Shown here in pieces: positions 21,943-34,547 of a DNA stretch of 63,734 nucleotides (within the stretch, counting starts at the first letter, position 1; the number at the start of each line of letters is the position of its first letter). A program made the position numbers and the translations under genes. Source of the stretch: Pocillopora damicornis (lineage: Eukaryota); contig NW_020845073.1 of the NCBI RefSeq assembly GCF_003704095.1, positions 434,267 to 498,000 on the forward strand, given 5' to 3'. Under the pieces are notes generated by a model. The model was not told the DNA's origin, ran no database searches, and was given only the letters and a program-made list of their open reading frames with translations.

Positions 21943-24013
21943 CTCATAAACTTCATTTACCAAGAGTAGTTTTAGGCCATATGACCAAGTGGTGTAGCTA
22001 GCGAGCATGGCCGCTGTACAAAGGGGAAGGAAGGGATAGTGTACATAAGTGTTAAATGCAGTTGCAGTTGCTAATTGTCTTATGATTCTTCCCCCTCCCC
22101 CTCCCCTCCCCTCCCCCCCCCCCAACACACATTGGCTTCTATCCCCTATGAAATATATCGGCCATGTAGCCTAGTTTTGAACATATATGCAAACGTTTTT
22201 AATTTATGCTTGAACAATAACACTAAAATATTATACATAAACCTGAGAATGTTTTGGGTTGCATTGATGAGAAAAGAATGGAAACTTATCATGCACAAGT
22301 ACGCTGTACACTTGATAAGGTTCACCCAATGATTGAGGGTCGAGGAAAAAAGATATCGATAAATTGAATTCTTATACTGTTGTTCAAAACTTTAGCCATC
22401 TACAAAATAGAACTGAGCTCAAAAAATGTTGTATTATAATCTTGAGATGTACCAAGTAGCAGTAACCATTATTATTTTGGTGCACAATATGTATTAGGAA
22501 AAAATATTATGTGTTTAACTATGTGACCAGTTCAGCCCATTTAAAACGGGAATAATTAACGATGGATTTTCTTCATCTTGACAGTTTGTTCAGGGCCTGT
22601 CTGTCTGCCTGTTTGGCTAAAACAGAGTGTTTAAGTTACCATAACAAAGAATTAAGCGAAACCTTTTATTAGATAAATTAATTAAATTATCTCATCGATC
22701 AAGGATATATTTATAGTTCAACTTCAATCAATTGGAAGTTTCAAACCTTATCCTAGTGGTTTTTGTTCTCAAGGAAATAAAGAATTGGGCTGTTTCTATT
22801 TGTGAAATGAATATATAAATAAAAAAACCTGATTTGATTATGCAGTGTTTGCTTGTGGATGAAGTCCACTTTTTCAATAGATATCGAGCAGTTTTATCAG
22901 AACAGGACGTTTGCACTCACCTTTGTGATAATTGCATGTTATCATCAGAATTATTTTCTTTTACCATAAGAGGTTCCACCGTCGTTCTAAGGTTCCTGCT
23001 CTTTCGTGGTTTGTTCCTTTTGAAGAATTAAGCCTACATTTTAAGAACGTTATTTGCAATCCGTGTAAGCCATTTTTACATCCTAAACACGAACGAAGAG
23101 TTCTCAGAGTTCTTGTCGTAATGTAACGTGAAATTCTCTATGCTGAAACACAATGAAGTGTAGAGTAGCTGGAAAGAAAAAATATACAGTCAAATCTTGA
23201 GGAGTAAGAGGTCAAAGAGTTGTGGACAGAGTGAATACGTGCGAACGTTTTTTGTTATAAAAATATCACTTCCGCTTCCTCAAACTTGAAATCTTATCTT
23301 TACGGAAACGGTTCTTTTTGGCTTAAGGACTGGTGAACAGGAATGAATTGAAAAATTAAACAGCAGAAAAAATTGATAGAAGATTCGAATTTGATGATCT
23401 CTGCAAAAATGTCGAGTGTTTGTACGGATTTTTCCCAAGTTTAGACGGCCATTACATTCTTGAGCAATATGCATGTCACGTGATACGTTATCCTGTGGTC
23501 CTGCATCTAACATCGGTACGACAAAGACCTTTATCAACACAAAAATGTTTTTGCCCTTGACTTATGAAGTGGCGATCGCTAACATTTCATAATTAAGGAT
23601 CATTTGTTATTCCTGGGATATTAGGGAAACATAACGTGTCAATTCCCTTCCCAGAAAAATGGTCAGAAATGTATACGTAACGAAGCCCATCTGTAAGTGG
23701 TTGAATCTAACCACAACTGATTTTATGACTTTTTTTTTGGAGATGAGAAGTGATTTGACAAATTTGCTGATTAGCGCCAAATGTTGCCTTCGATACGAGA
23801 TCAACAAGATATTTGGCTTGATATGTGACTTTTGATGGTGACGGTTGCCATATATGTGAGATTTTGACAGTCGTGATATGTGCTCGACGAAAATGCTCGC
23901 TGCCATTTCAAGCTCCTGAAACTCGATAGCATGTAATATCTGGGAAATACGATAGAGAAATTTCGCCATTGAAACCGAAAACGTCTCTCGGCTTTATTAA
24001 GAGCTGTAGAAAA

Positions 24014-27000
24014 ATGTGTTCGGGGAGCGAACTGTCTTGTGTGAGAGGTGAAAATGCATGGCGCTTTCCTCTGTCATCGGGACTGCTTGGGTTTGTGTTA
24101 GGATTGTCAACTTTTGGTGCAGCGATGAAACTGTCAGAATACAAGGACAGTCCTAGTCTTCCTCCGATGATAGCTGCAATACCAGTAAGTACAACAACAA
24201 ATCAATAACAAACGTGTTTGTCAAATCCTTTGTGCACCGTAATTATAAAGAATAAATTGTATTAAAACCATTGTCAGGTTTAAAGCGTCAATGACGTTTC
24301 ATGGAAGTGTTTTCTTTAAATTGATCGATTCTTGGACAGATTAGTACTTAAGAAATCAACGAAAGTTCTATCGTACCAGTAAGTCTCTTTTAGACTCAGA
24401 AATCAGCAAGCTGAATTTAAGAGCTTCCGTGAGAAACAAATAAACGATCACATAAGAGCTAAAACTTATGTTTCTCATCGAATGTGATATTAGGTCACTA
24501 GAGCAAAAATTAACTTCGAATTAAGTAACGCGAAATATTTCCCATCTTTTGATTGAAATTTCAAGAGATTTTACTAAAGCCTTTCAGTGAAATTTCACCT
24601 GCTGAGTGGAAATGGAATCCATAGAATTATAAAGAATAATGGAAGACTGCAAAGACAAGTGAAAGAAAAAATGAAATGTAATAAAAACAAAACGTCACGA
24701 GATGTGCACATTCCTGTTTCCTGAAAGAGGCAGTAAAGACATGAAAATAATAAAGTACAATAAATCAAAGGAGTGGAGTGTGGGATGCATTGGGACAAAA
24801 ATATTCTGTAATTTTTCTTTCTTTTTTTCTCTCTTATCTAGATGTTAACTGCAGGGCTTTCAGGTATGGTGGGAGGACGAATGAGGAAACGTTGGCTGGT
24901 ACGTAAACATGTTTTGTATTCTATCGAAAAAGAATTTCTTGGTAATTCAGTTCCAACCGAAGTGCCCGGCAGGGAATTCGAAGGGAGTGGAGACCTTTCC
25001 TTCATGAGCTTCTTGGGAATGCTCCGCCCAAAGAGCACAATTTGTAAGCCGTTTCGGTCTGAAAACGCGTGTAGGTTTGACGATGATAGTGTGGCTTAAA
25101 TTAAATTTTTTAATGGGACCACGAGTGAGTTTAAACAACTCCTAATGAATTAAAAGAGAAAGAGCAGCAACGAACATAGAACATTCGAGCTGAATGTTTG
25201 AATGAATTCATGACTTTGCCACTGATGCGAGGCTTTATTTCTCAGTTCTACAAAGCTTAATGGTTTTGCATATCCATTAAAATTTCAAGTACCAGCTCTC
25301 TAAAAACTGATACAGAATACGGCACGCTATGATTTGAAATTAGGGTCACGATTTCAGAAACTGAGCTGCACCTTTGCATTAAGAATTCATGGCGGCAACC
25401 CATTTCCCTTCAACTTAACAACCAAGAAATTTCCATAAGAAATTACCCATAAATAAAAAGAATCAGCCATTTTGGCCTGGTTGATAGATGCTTCAATAGA
25501 TAGAGTTTGAGTGTGTAAAATATACAAGCCTATAGTGAAACCCAGGTCGGATCGTTTCTGTAATCTGAAGGGCCCAGTTGTATATAGGGCAGATAGCAAT
25601 ATCCAACGGATAAATCGCTATCCAGCGGATAAGTGATGGTGAAACGTATAGCGTTATCTACCGGATAGAGATTTATCTTAGCAGTGGATAGCGTTATCCG
25701 ACCTTACAACAACTCGGGCCTAGTGTTTAAGTCCTCGAAGAGGAAAATGACCAATAGGAACCCATTCCGGAATCATAACCCCGCAGCCCGATACTCGCTG
25801 CCCTTCCCCCCCCCCCTCCCCCGACCTTATTACCGCTTGCATGACTTAAATCCGACGTGTTTATCAATGTTTATGTAGCCAATATCACTTGACTGGTTTA
25901 CGCGTTCGCTTTCCTTTTTTTTTTCTTCATTGACTTGTGTCATAATTGTAATGAAAGAGGGAAGAAGCAAAGACAATACGTACGTATGCAACCCTACTGT
26001 CCTTCTTTCCACAGATTTCGCTGCACATGGGTCTTTGTTTGGTTACAGGAGTCTTTGGTCTTCATCTTATGTTCCTTTTCATGGGGAGAGAGGTTAAATC
26101 AAGAAATATTCATAAGGCTAAATGTCTTTCCAACTACCAGGGATCTTGTAAGCTTACTTCATTCTTGTTGTACGTTGCGTTTATGTAATCTAAAAACCGG
26201 ACTGACACCGCATATTACTTGTGGTGGAGGAGCTATAGGTGGTTTCCTTATAAGGGAAGGGCTGATAAGCAAACTAGTGATAAGTCTAGGGCGGCGATGT
26301 CGACTGGAACATGGAAGTGTAAAAACATGGCAAAACTTTTCTTGCCTAAGTTAAAACTGAGTCTTTGTGTCTCTGTTCCTCCTCCGGCACTAGACGTTAC
26401 TTTGCTGCTCATTACTTATTAAACTCTTCTGTCGCCTTCTCTGTCTATGAATGTTAAATACGCAGCTCTGATATCGTTAAATATCGTTTAAGCACGAACA
26501 ATAATCATATGATGCGTATGTCCTGTTTCAGATTACTGCCACAGATACGCTACAACTGTTGCTATGTCAGGACTATCTGTTCTAGCGATTACGTTAGCTC
26601 CTTTGGGAATTTTATCATATGCCGTCATCAGGCAAATATCTGCGTATAACGTCAATGAAGTCCAGGTAAGTAACGGTAAACATCTAATTACCATAAAAGC
26701 TTTGATATGTTCTCCTCTCTATCGAGTCTCCTTCTCAATTAACTTGATTTTTCTGAGGTAAAAAAAATTTTAGAGATTGATACATCTCTACCCGCTGATC
26801 TATCCCTACGACACGACCATTAACTTCTTCTTTTTAACATTTTTAACGTTGTTTTTCTATTTTTTATTTCCACTATTCCAAAGGAAGCAAATAATCCAGC
26901 CTTTGAACCCGAACTATCTCCGACTAAGACAACAAATGAAGACCAAGTAGAACATCAGCATCAACAATTTTTTGATAGAGCTGCAAATCATCCACGTAAA

Positions 27001-27762
27001 ACTGAGCCTAAACCAGAGAATCAACGACTAGCAAACTTTAAAAACTCACATGGTGATGAGTGTCTTCCACCTAATCTCAGAAAACCGTACGGTAGTGATC
27101 TGGTAACAACTAATCCGTCTCAAAATAAAGTGCGGAATCACCGATTTCTTCACCATAAGAAGCCGCATGACGATATGCGACTTCCGCCCAATCAACGACC
27201 ACCTTACCGGGGTGATCAGGTAGGAATTCCTAAACCTAGTGCTCAGTCTAAACCGCCGCAGAATCTGGGTCCACTTCACCAGAAAAACTCACATGGCGAT
27301 AAACGACTTCCACCCATCCACAAGCAGTCGTTAGGTAACAATTGGGCAGAAAATCAGCCATCTAAAACTGATCCTAGACCGCAGAATCACCGAGCACTTT
27401 ACCATAAGAACTCTCATGACAATACGCGACTTCCTCCCAGATACAAACAACCTGACCATGGCAATCGAGAGTCAAGTGAACCTCGCAAAGGTGAATCCCA
27501 ACCCAAGAATCTCCGACCACCTCATAACAAATATAAACATGGCGATGCGCAACTCACAGACAGAGACGTGAATCGCAGACAGCCTTTCGAACACAGACCT
27601 TCCCGTGACCTCATGAGGTACAGTAGGCACATATGTCAGCAGCAAAACATGAATCAAGTTTCCAGAGCACCAACGACACGGTTTGGACAAAGTCACGTGC
27701 CATTGGCCAGTGGCAGAGTAGTGAAAGGTATATCGAACACGACAGATAGCTCGTCTGCATAA
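24014..27762 (+). CDS. CD20/MS4A-like four-TM protein with a long His/Pro-rich repetitive C-tail, 457 aa; exons 24014-24184, 24842-24898, 26015-26147, 26532-26665, 26884-27762
   Basis: Four hydrophobic segments and a Cys pair in the second loop (KCLSNYQGSYYC). GT-AG junctions with phases 0,0,1,0 and a 57-nt exon 2, identical in layout to the convergent paralog. Family assignment by topology and exon layout. Confidence 0.72.
25571..25720. mobile_element. MITE with GGCCCAGTTGT...ACAACTCGGGCC termini
   Basis: Terminal inverted repeat plus internal repeated palindromic TATCC(A)nnGGATA units. Confidence 0.65.
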
Positions 27763-29401
27763 AAGGGTGTGTAAATTGCCAAACTTTTGTACAACGCACA
27801 AATCGAATACATGATGTAGAGGCTATGAGCTCGCTCGCTTAGGTCAATAAAAGTCACTTCGCTAACGTTTCGTCAGGAAACACAGGGCGCAGAAAGACTT
27901 TTAGCACGTTTCGATATAAGATGATTATATACTCCATTTTTTTTCATCTCTTCAGCATTCATAAGCATTCTTGCCATCATCAATTTTTTTACACCCATTT
28001 TATTGCTTATGCAACCATTCCTGTAAATGGTTATGCGAATAAATTTCTGATGTCGTTGTTAAAAGGACGTACACAATTCAAAGCTTTAAATAGACAATGG
28101 CAAACTATTCGTTCATAAATTAGCAGCCTACGTTAAGTATTGTTGTAATGAGTTTTTATAAGTTAAGGTTCAAGGTCTCTCATTTTTCATCTCAAGAATT
28201 AAGTCCAAGGCTATTCAAAGTTAAACCCTTATAAGGAGTTCCTTGATTTTAACTGTTTTGACTTAGAGTCGGAGTGCCATTTTTTTTAGTGAGCATGTCT
28301 TCGAAATTGACACTGACCTTGGACCTCATCCATACGAGTGTTCCTGTTTGGGTTTCCAGTTCAATTTTGTAGTCTTACCATTCGAATAACATCAGCTGTA
28401 TACTTTTTTGGTTGATCACATAGCCAGTTTGTTTTCACGCATTGTTTTAAAAAAACAGGAAGCGTAGGAAGAGTTCTCACGCTCGGAAAACCCAAACACG
28501 TCTACAATTTAGATACCTAGGAAACCACAAATTGGTTACTTTTCTCTTATGTAGTTGTAGATGTGAGAGGCGGAATTATTTTGAGTATTGATTAGCCAAA
28601 AAAATGAACGGTGCCAATGTCTGTGCGCAAGGACGGAGAAGAATAAATAGACAGGTGCAGATCCTTGATCCTTTCAGCTAAATGTAAAATGCTCGGGATT
28701 TCCCCCCAAAAGCGTAAGAAATCAGTGGGACGTATGATTACGAAATTACGCTCTTTCAACTGAAAAATCTTAATTAATTTCCACAGAGGTGTTTTTGGGG
28801 ATCTTTGTAATTAAAAAAAAATGTGTAATTAGCTGGATAAACTAAGGTGTAGCTAAGGGGAGTCTTAGATGTACTTGCTAATTCCAACGGATTTAGAAAA
28901 ACCATCATTGAGTTTTCGTACGAATAGCTTGATAATCCCTAAATCTTCGAATCCCGTTTTGATCAAAATCTGAATTCCCCCCTCTGACGTCTTGAATAGG
29001 CGCCCCTCTTTCTGCTCGTTTTCATGGACGCAATAAGACATTATAGGACATGTGTTTTGATTGTGTTTATTCAGCCACGTTCGTCCAATCTTGCACGCAT
29101 ATGTCACACTTAAAGCCTTCTTTCAGTCTGTCAACGGGTTAAGTTTGGGGAAACTGATCACGAATAAAAAGAGCAGCTGAAAAGTGCCGCTGTTAAAACT
29201 TTAGGATGAGCTTCGTGTTGTCTTTATGCGCGAATGCTGTCCTACAACTCTCAAAATGATAACATCTAGTCAAGATCCGGGGAAACCTTAAAAAGCACCT
29301 TCCTTATTTCTTGAATGAACTCTCCCTTGCCTTTTCGTCAGTTTTCAAATCAGCCAAGTACCTCCAAGGTGCTTATTAAAAGGCGAAGGTATCCTTTGAT
29401 T

Positions 29402-29455
29402 CCAACCCGGCTGATGAAGGGCCCCATACTGGGTCGGATCCTGTCAACGTGTTGG
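29402..29455 (+). ncRNA. Degenerate minimal type I hammerhead ribozyme-like motif (Penelope-like element type), probably inactive
   Basis: CCAACCCGG-CTGATGA-AG-GGCCC-CATACT-GGGTC-GGAT-CCT-GTC-AACGTGTTGG. The CUGAUGA core, stem II, GUC triplet and stem I pairing are present, but the GAAA box reads GGAT. Confidence 0.4.
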
Positions 29456-29559
29456 TACATTCTGCTCTATAACCTAGAGTAAAACTTAATTAATATGCGG
29501 ATGAGGTGCTGAGGTATGAAGAGTTTTTAAATTTGCTGAGACAACAAGCTTCTAAAGCA

Positions 29560-32500
29560 TCACACTACAGTTCCTAATTGTTTTCCATTTCCAAAGCCGT
29601 TGTCTTTCACTGGTGACATGCTTGAGCTCCCTACCATCGCATCGAAGTCTATAGAATAAACGCTTTGGTTACTTGACTGTCGTTTACGACTGAGTCTGGA
29701 TTTTCTGTCCACGTGCTCCGGAGTTCCTAGTGACACAATGGCCAGTTGATCGCCACTCTGTAGCAGAGGTAATGTCATGGTGTTAAAATAAGCGTGCGAT
29801 ATATCATGCAGACATCTTCGATAAAACCTGCCATAAGCTTTTCGAGTGGTAAGACATGCCTTAATCGTTCAGTCCTCTAAGTTTTACACCAAGGACCTTA
29901 CAGATAAAACTGAGTTCGTTTGGCCGGAGCTATTTTCCATCTCATCCAGGTGCAACCAGCGAAATAAACGGAGTTCATTGCAAGGTTCCTTTTGTCCCAC
30001 AGTGCAATGCACCACGGTATTTACAATTAACACTATAACCGTGATATGCGTTTCACCTTCAACTTGGCAATGTTGTCTGCCATTTTTACCGCTTGTTTAA
30101 AGAGCTAAATTATCTAAGGCAAAAGAAAATCTCTCAATTCTGCAACTTACCGAAATAGCACAGCAAAGTAGCTGAGATGATTCTATCACGCCTGACAGGG
30201 AAATGGCAGACTCCAGAATCAAGATGCTTATTAAGGCGATCATCAGAGTTGATTCTGTGTCATACGGGCATTGTACTGTTCGTATGAGAAACAAATTCAT
30301 CCATTATAAGGGTTGTCAGTAACTGAGTTTTCAAGTGTTAAGAGCCAAGGTGATCGTGTGATTAGAGTGCCACAAATTCTAAAACTTATTTACAAGTTGT
30401 ATTTCTGTTTAGCGGATCGAGAGAATGGGGCGCAGAATCCTGGTGGAAAGTCATTTTCAAGTCCGCAACGATCTGGCTTCCTATCTGGATTTTATTCCCT
30501 TTTAATTTAGGTTTATCATCAGTATCCTCCTCAGTGTTTTTCTATTGAACCAAAGGAATATTTTTAGGTTTCTTTCACGTCTCGAGAAACAACGTAAGAG
30601 TCTCAAGGCATTATCATGCGGATAAAGCTCACCGTGCTCACATTCACCCGCTGATCTCCGCGCAGTCAGCGTGATTCCCACGCACGCGGCAACGATTGCT
30701 CCGAGGATACACGAAATGACACTAGCAGCGAAAAAAACACCTGTCTGATAACAGAAATGTCAAGAAATACGTTCTCAGTGAGTAAATTTTGACGAATATA
30801 ACTGGTTGATTGTAAATATACAATAGAAATAGTATCGAGTTGTGTGAAGAAACTTTCGTAGACACGGTTATCACGAGAAAGCCTCAATCAAGCGTTAAAA
30901 CGTAGAAAAACGTCAAAAACTTACCGCAATGAATTTGCCACTTATTCCCCCGAATATTCCAAAACTTCCAGCGACGACGATCTGAAATTATTCGAACTGT
31001 TCAGTACACAGTATTGCACGTCCCATCGGCCCGTTTGGCCGTTTTCTTGGTAACGAAAAGGGATTTTATGGCAAACCTGCGATTATTATTATTATTTTTT
31101 TCATGTTCTTTTGTTGTGCAGCACAAGATTTGTAAGAGACCAAAAGGCCCAATCAGCAAAGCAATTTGTCATGACCGATTGATTATCTTTCTATTTTCAT
31201 ACAGTCTATGAAAATTAAGGGAGTCGGTCGACTTTCCCTTCTCAGCGCGAAAATGATTGATTGATTGATTAATAACTAGGAAACAAAAGTAAGAAACAGT
31301 AATTTATTCAGTAGTCGATCCATTATCCACTCACACACGCTAATGTGTTTTCTCAAAGCTGTATTTGTCTTTTCGATCTTTCACGTCGTGCTTTCAATCC
31401 GATATTTTTGCCAAAAAGAAAATATTTCTTTGTGAACAACCCGCAGAGTTTTACTTTCTTTTCTCGTTTAAATTTTATCAGGAAAGTTAACACTATCTCT
31501 GATGGATTTTAAGCTAACAGCGGTCCACTTGCACGGCAAAATACAGGACAATTTAAATTTTACGGTGAAAACTGTTAACAAGTTGTCAATAAATGAACCA
31601 AGTCGAAGTTGCAAAAATTTCTATCAAAATGTAAATGATCTATGTAATTAAAAGAAACTTACGATTTATACTGACATTCAGGAATTGCACGTTTTGACAA
31701 AATCAACAGTAGAAATTTCGTTCAATCACTGTAGGTGAATGCAGGAAGCTTATGGTATGATTTTTGAATGATAATTTTTCTTTTTAAAGAGATCGAGTGA
31801 TTAAAAAAGCACGAGCTACATAATTAGGCTATGGAGCATTAAAATAACCTTTTGTGGGTTGGAAAAAGATGACATTTAATTCTGATGAGATGTTTAAAAA
31901 TTAATGGACGTAATTTGAAAGAGTTACACTGACGAAAATTTATCGACGATTCAGTAAGATTTTCAGCGTAGTACTATGCGTTTCTGACTAAATTAAAACA
32001 CCAGTCTATCAAGAACTAATCAATTTTTCTGTTTTTCGAGTGAGAATCAAATTTACGAGGTAAAAATTTGACTCAAAATGCTGCTAAGCAAACAGGTGTG
32101 ATGATCCCAAATGAAAAGATGAATTGATGTGAGCGTTAGTTTTCCTTCGGCTCTGAAAAGCTTTTCCAAAAGTAGCAAACTAAAACTGAATTTCTTTGTA
32201 GAAGTTATCAGGAGAAAAATTTTAGCTTTACAGAGTATTAATGGAAAATTAAAATAAAGTAAAATTCGTGTTTGTTGTTCGAATGAGAAATATTTTTTTC
32301 TCCAGTGTAAATATTACTGTGCAGCTGTTGTTGTTAACAAGAATATATCTAGTTTAAACGTTTCTATATATTAACAAAAAAGTCGTTGCTCATTTTGTGA
32401 GAAAATCCAGGCATAGAAATGAACTTTGTGTTACTTCATGTGATTTCTTCTTGCTTCTAAGCGAAATTTATCTGGCTTGAAAAAAAACTTTTTACAATAG

Positions 32501-32724
32501 ATAGGGGGAAATCTATGTTCAAGCTCTTCTTCTAAAGCTGCTTGCGTCTCTACGATACTTACGGGAACAGCTCCCCAATAAGTAACACCGGTTTCAAAAA
32601 TCTTCCCAAGGTCATCGCTCCTGTTGCTCAGAACAAAACTCAAGGCGAAGACACAAAATCCCAGAACAATCTGGGAGATCCCTGTGCACACGACTTGGTT
32701 CGCTCTGTTTTCTTGAAACGCCAT
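29560..32724 (-). CDS. CD20/MS4A-like (TMEM196-like) four-TM protein, 217 aa; exons 32724-32563, 30981-30925, 30744-30633, 30275-30151, 29757-29560
   Basis: GISQIVLGFCVFAL...TGVTYWGAVP|IVVAGSFGIFG matches the MS4A TM1 and G-xx-W-G...GS-I pattern; loop CEHVQC; clean GT-AG junctions; C-terminus GTVV. Confidence 0.8.
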
Positions 32725-34547
32725 TCAAATTCTTGTTTGAGGTAAACTTAATCTTTCAGGAAATATATCTGCCAGAGTCAGAGTCAATCACGCAAGACTT
32801 GGACATCGGGCCTAATGAAAGCGTCCACTTCATATTCGCCCAAGGGCACAAAGGCCATTTCCTTTTGCTTTTATTTGCACTAATTTTCTTATCGCAAATG
32901 CAAAGTATGTTTCTGATGAAGTGGTAATTATCGCTGCATAATGTAATCACGTCTTACATGACACGTTCTCAAGGTTTCCATAGCAACACGGCAGATTGAC
33001 TGAAGAGAATCGGTGTTTAGTTTATCACTTCGGCACTAAAAAGATTGGATCGTGTTCTTAATTTCTTGAGTAATTTTGCACAACTGAGTCGCCGTGTTAT
33101 TCTTCGGTGAACGTTCTACATTTCTGGGCTTGGTGTTGTTTGTAGGACAGTACAAGAGGAACAGTCACACACTACTGATTGGAAATAAATTAATTTCGGA
33201 TTAAGTGAAAAAGAGGACTTCATATTCAGTATTTGAAAATACGGTAGCAATATTATTTAAGTGTCTTTAGGTTCTTTTTTTGTGTGTGTCAACTAGTAAT
33301 TTTATCTGAAGGTTTTTTTTTTAAAGTTTTGTTTCCCTCCCGCCTCGATTGGCTTCGGTATTTTACGGGTAGGGACTGTTAGATATGTATTTTAATTGCT
33401 AAAATAAATATTTTCTTTTTGTTTTGTTTTTTGTTTTGGGCGAAGGTGCGACCATGCCGTAGCAACGGATAGTATCCGAAACTACAGTATGAAAGATCCT
33501 CCCAAAATTTTGAAAATGGAAGCAGAATCTCTAACCTTTCCTTTTTTATGGCCAGCATTCTTTCTTTTAAGACTATTTTGCTATGTATATCACCTATCGC
33601 TTAACAGAAATAAAAGCAACTATTTTTCTTTTATTTTTAGATTTTGCAGAATCGAACCGTTCAAACGAATACCTCAACAAAGTCACACGAAGAGAACATG
33701 GAAGATGTAAATTAAAGGTCTCCTACGCGAAAGTCTTCTCTTTCTTTAGTTTCTTTGGACATGCAGTTGATGAAAGTAAAGAATTTCAACTCAATAACCT
33801 AAAATACCGCGTGTTAATTGACTTAAAGGGAGGACTGGATAGGAGAATTGTTAGCTGAAGGTCCATACGATATGGCCCCAAGCCAAATGTTTTCCCTTCC
33901 GATTCGACCTTACTCCACCATTAAGCATTTTATCGTATAATAAACTTTAGCCCTCTCTCTTTCTTCTTACTTTATTGATTTCAATAGGTCATATGCTGGG
34001 TGGAGAGGAACTATTTGCGCTTCTCTGTAAGGCCCTTATACAGTAATCTATAATTGTTCTTTCCCAATAAAAGCTTGGGCTAGGCCAGATGAGTCCCGAA
34101 CTGTACTCCCCATCTAAAGAATACTAGTCCATTGCATACAGATGCCCCCCCCCCCCATGTTCTTGGGTGGAGAGAGGCACTGTGACTGAAATATATTTCC
34201 AGAGAACACAAGTGGCCTTACGAAGGTTATAACTTGAGCCACCCAACCTGTGTTTTGGTCACAAAATCATATATTACCATATGCAGTGATACAAAGTGGT
34301 TCACATGTGCAGTTAAGTGTCTGTTAAGATTTTGAAACACTTGTGAACAAATGATCATATGTTATTTCCTAAGAAACTACACACATTGTATTAACCAAGA
34401 TAAAAAATTTAACATAAATACTCTGTACTTCCTAAAGAAATGCAATTTCCCAAGGTGAAAGATCTTTATTTCTTGTGTTTTCATATTTGTGTATTCCAAA
34501 ACAAAAGGTATTTATGCTATGCCATATTTCTGAAGTTTCAAATAATA

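Noticed and set aside
22089-22123. C-run / G-quadruplex-capable tract (similar at ~25801-25823)
   Set aside because: Simple low-complexity run with no evidence of function.
22890-23160. Possible minus-strand exon (donor AAAG|GTGAGT near 22921)
   Set aside because: Stops in all frames upstream and no partner exons found.
34140-34260. SINE-core-like fragment (GGGTGGAGAGAGGCACTGTGA)
   Set aside because: Too short and degraded to bound or classify without a repeat library.
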